A stretch of 64,000 nt of DNA from an uncultured bacterium (GTDB taxonomy: Bacteria > Babelota > Babeliae > Babelales > Babelaceae): positions 640,001-704,000 of the forward strand of contig OY970332.1 of assembly GCA_963717435.1 (NCBI GenBank). Direction: 5' to 3'. How positions within the stretch are numbered: position 1 is the stretch's first letter; every line of letters starts with the position of its first letter. Position numbers and translations under genes: made by a program. The notes under the pieces are model-generated. The model did no database searches. It saw only the letters and a list, made by a program, of their open reading frames with translations, and was not told the origin of the DNA. Below are positions 61,464-64,000 of this stretch, piece after piece.

Positions 61464-61502
61464 GAGACTGGCCTGCCATTCATTTCTGAAAGAAATGAAT
61501 GG
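61464..61502 (-). repeat. tRNA 3'-trailer hairpin repeat, copy 3
   Basis: Identical to copy 2 over 39 bp. Confidence 0.9.
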
Positions 61503-61592
61503 TGGAGAGAGAGGGATTCGAACCCTCGCGCCCCGAATTACCGAGACTCTTGCTTAGCAGGCAAGCGCTTTAGACCACTCAGCCACCTCTCC
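61500..61592 (-). tRNA. tRNA-Ser(GCT)
   Basis: GGAGAGG/TCTCTCC acceptor stem, anticodon loop CTGCTAA, long variable arm, encoded CCA. Confidence 0.95.
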
Positions 61593-61668
61593 AAAAACAT
61601 ATACTGTAAATAATAAATTATTTGGCAGTTTATGCAAGTGTTTTCAGCTTATAGCGCCTGTTTTATGG

Positions 61669-62388
61669 CTAAACTTTGGGCGTAAATTTATTGATATCGT
61701 AAATATCAAGCTCTTTTTCGATCTCTTCTACTTGCTTTAAGATCCCCTCAAAGCCCTCTTTTCCGAACAGTTCATGCTCCGTATCTTCAAATATATCAGC
61801 CAGTTCTTCAAACTCTTTTATTGTTATTAGCGTTCTGAATTCTGGGAACAACTCAGTGTCTTCCCGTGTTTCATGAACCCGGTACATGATTATAAAGCTC
61901 TTAATGGCAAAAATAAGCTGCTGTTTATTTTTGGGATCAGAGATTTTGTCTTGTTGAGAAAGATTTATTATCTGGTCTGTTAAAACGCGTCCTGCTTGGT
62001 GCTGTTCGAGTAAGCTGTTAACCAGATCCAGTAATTTCCCGGCTTTTTGAAATCTTGTAAATATATACTGCTCTTCTGATTTCTCATGATAATCTTCGAT
62101 AAAGTTTCTGATTATTGAAGCAGATTTTTTTAGATTTTCTATATTAAAATTTTTATTGTTATCTAGTCTTTTAACTATTTCTTCGTAAATTAATAATACT
62201 CTGTTTAATATGCCGTGCTCGCGCATCAGGTCTTCTGTTGGCGGTATATCTTCTATAAATTCTTGTTGCGTTTTTTGAGCAGGGTTAAAATTTATTTTGT
62301 TAAACTTTAAGACAATAAATACTATTATTATTGCCGCAAAAACTATTATAAAACTTAATAGTAATTTGTTTGAAAAAATTTGGTTCAT
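61669..62388 (-). CDS. Membrane-anchored hemerythrin-like (HHE) domain protein
   Basis: LMREH, YHEKSEE..F, QH..GR, HETRED..LFP; N-terminal TM. Confidence 0.85.
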   Translation of the reverse strand: MNQIFSNKLLLSFIIVFAAIIIVFIVLKFNKINFNPAQKTQQEFIEDIPPTEDLMREHGILNRVLLIYEEIVKRLDNNKNFNIENLKKSASIIRNFIEDYHEKSEEQYIFTRFQKAGKLLDLVNSLLEQHQAGRVLTDQIINLSQQDKISDPKNKQQLIFAIKSFIIMYRVHETREDTELFPEFRTLITIKEFEELADIFEDTEHELFGKEGFEGILKQVEEIEKELDIYDINKFTPKV

Positions 62389-62517
62389 AAATACACTCCC
62401 AAAAATAATCACAAAATATATTTTTTTTTCAAATTAACATGTAGTTTAAAATTTAAGCAATTATATATTTATAATATTTTTTTAGTTATAAATTTAATTA
62501 TAATTTTGGAAGTTTTT

Positions 62518-62799
62518 ATGTCACTAATAATCGAAATAAAAGTTTTTCCCTCTTCCGGCAAACAAAAGTGGGCGCTTGAAGAATCGGGACTTATCAAGTG
62601 TTATATAAAAAGTCAGCCTGAAAAGGGCAAAGCTAACAAAGAAGTAATAGAATTTTTGTCTGAATCTTTAAAAATTCCGAAATATTTAATTACACTGGTT
62701 TCAGGATTAACTACGCCAAGAAAAAAAATAAAGATCGAATATCAATTGACCCTAGAACAACTTTTAACTAAGTTGAAACTTGATGGTAAATTAATTTAG
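62518..62799 (+). CDS. DUF167/YggU family protein
   Basis: IKV.P.S, PEKGKAN..., G.T...K; likely start 62518. Confidence 0.88.
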   Translation: MSLIIEIKVFPSSGKQKWALEESGLIKCYIKSQPEKGKANKEVIEFLSESLKIPKYLITLVSGLTTPRKKIKIEYQLTLEQLLTKLKLDGKLI

Positions 62800-62816
62800 A
62801 AAGAAAATTTCTATTC

Positions 62817-62898
62817 CCGCTCGTCCCCGTCTGCCGGGCAGGCTGAGTTTAGTATCGCCTGCGCGCCGGAGTTTTAACGTAGGCGTGAGGGATGGCGG
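62817..62898 (+). repeat. Intergenic composite element A with two nested CCTG-hairpin units
   Basis: CCGCTCGTCC[CCGTCTGCCGGGCAGG]CTGAGTTTAGTATCG[CCTGCGCGCCGGAGTTTTAACGTAGGCGTG]AGGGATGGCGG. Confidence 0.85.
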
Positions 62899-62922
62899 TG
62901 TTAATAATTAATGTGAGTTTTT

Positions 62923-64000
62923 ATGCCATATTTCAAATGGACCGGAATAGATATTTCAGGAAAAGTTTATAAAGGCAAAGATTTTGCGCGATCAAAATCT
63001 CAGGTCGATAATGTTCTTTTCAAGCACGATCTTGCTTTAATTGATATCAAGCAAGTTTCGGCTCCTATTTTTGAAGAAAAAATTAATAGCTCAAATAAAT
63101 TAGAATTTTTTAGAATGCTTTCTATTCTTCTTGGCGCAGGTGTCAAGCTTCATGATGCATTAGAGATTATTTTTGTAAAGCAAAAAAATGGACGTTTTAA
63201 ACTTGTAATCGAGGATATTAAAGATGCTGTTAGCGAAGGTATAAATTTTGGCGAAGCGCTATCACACCACAATGACATTTTTGATTCGCTTACTTGCGCG
63301 TTAATAGCTTCTGGTACAGAATCGGGCAATTTGCCACAATCACTTAATATTATTGTTGAAAGTGCTCAAGAGAGACAAATTTTTTTACAAAATTTAAGAT
63401 CAGCCCTTTTGATGCCGATAATAACTTTTGGTTTTTTTATCTTTATTTTAATTTTGCTTTTTATTTTCGTGATTCCACGTTTTGTGGATATGTTTGCATC
63501 TTTTGGAAACAATATCCCATGGGCTACAAGAATGGTTATAAATATAAGCAAAACTATAACTAGCTTTAATTTTGTTTATATTTTAATGGGATCAGTTTTA
63601 ATCGGGTTAATTTTAAATCGCGTTTTTAAATTAGAATCTGTAAAAAAAATCAAAGACAGCTTTTTGTTAAATACCCCAATTTTTGGTCCAATAATTTTGC
63701 AATATAACATAGCAAACTTTTTGCACACACTCTCTGTTTTACTTCAGGGCGGGGTTCATGTTGTCAGAGCGCTTGAAATTTCCCGCCAAGCCGTTAAAAA
63801 TTCAAATCTTGGAGTTAAAATAGACAGGGTCGCAAGACTCGTTGAATCTGGAAACTCTCTAAGCGACTCATTTAAACAAGTTGGCTTTGATGACCCTGAG
63901 TTAATAGCTTTGGTTTCTGTTGGGCAAGAATCAGGCGCATTGGCTTTTACTGTTTTAAAGTCTGCTCAAATATATCAAGATAGATTTTATAGAAGAATTA
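62923..64000 (+). CDS. pilC: Type II secretion F / PilC family platform protein; runs off the right edge
   Basis: Manual translation: MPYFKWTGIDISGK...FFRMLSILLGAGV.L..AL...G..F..AL...SGNL...SALLMP...VIPRF..MF. Confidence 0.88.
   Translation, partial: MPYFKWTGIDISGKVYKGKDFARSKSQVDNVLFKHDLALIDIKQVSAPIFEEKINSSNKLEFFRMLSILLGAGVKLHDALEIIFVKQKNGRFKLVIEDIKDAVSEGINFGEALSHHNDIFDSLTCALIASGTESGNLPQSLNIIVESAQERQIFLQNLRSALLMPIITFGFFIFILILLFIFVIPRFVDMFASFGNNIPWATRMVINISKTITSFNFVYILMGSVLIGLILNRVFKLESVKKIKDSFLLNTPIFGPIILQYNIANFLHTLSVLLQGGVHVVRALEISRQAVKNSNLGVKIDRVARLVESGNSLSDSFKQVGFDDPELIALVSVGQESGALAFTVLKSAQIYQDRFYRRI

Noticed and set aside
60993-61502. Three 38-39 bp palindromic direct repeats as a CRISPR array
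   Set aside because: Spacing is about 200-270 bp, the intervals contain tRNA genes, and no cas genes are present

Overview
AT-rich, gene-dense bacterial chromosome segment, with no prophage, integrase, transposase, rRNA or CRISPR visible. Scattered housekeeping genes (uvrC, mutL, prmC, ftsY, rnhB, rpsF/rpsR, typA, truA, gpmI, thrS, murE, hppA, nrdAB, ftsLI, bamA, cysS, trxA, 3 tRNAs, pilC-like) are interleaved with many signal-peptide orphan and ankyrin proteins. This style suggests a host-dependent diderm bacterium, most plausibly Candidatus Dependentiae/Babeliae (TM6); that is an inference, not checked by search. The most striking feature is a two-component family of short GC-rich palindromic elements. 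Element A is CCGCTCGYCCYGAGT-variable loop-GTATCGAGGG; element B is CCTG + 6-bp stem/14-nt loop/6-bp stem. A copies sit in frame inside prmC, gpmI and murE and are apparently translated. B-type units are nested in A at the same two positions in separate copies. A related CCTG-hairpin follows and base-pairs with the CCA end of all three tRNAs. Other points: a Chlamydia-type class Ic RNR, a probable Na+-pumping pyrophosphatase, a toxin-antitoxin pair flanked by a duplicated trxA 3' end, a tandem ankyrin-gene duplication, a four-Cache-domain secreted protein, a 1400-aa secreted beta-rich protein, several apparently inactivated enzymes and a candidate structured small RNA.
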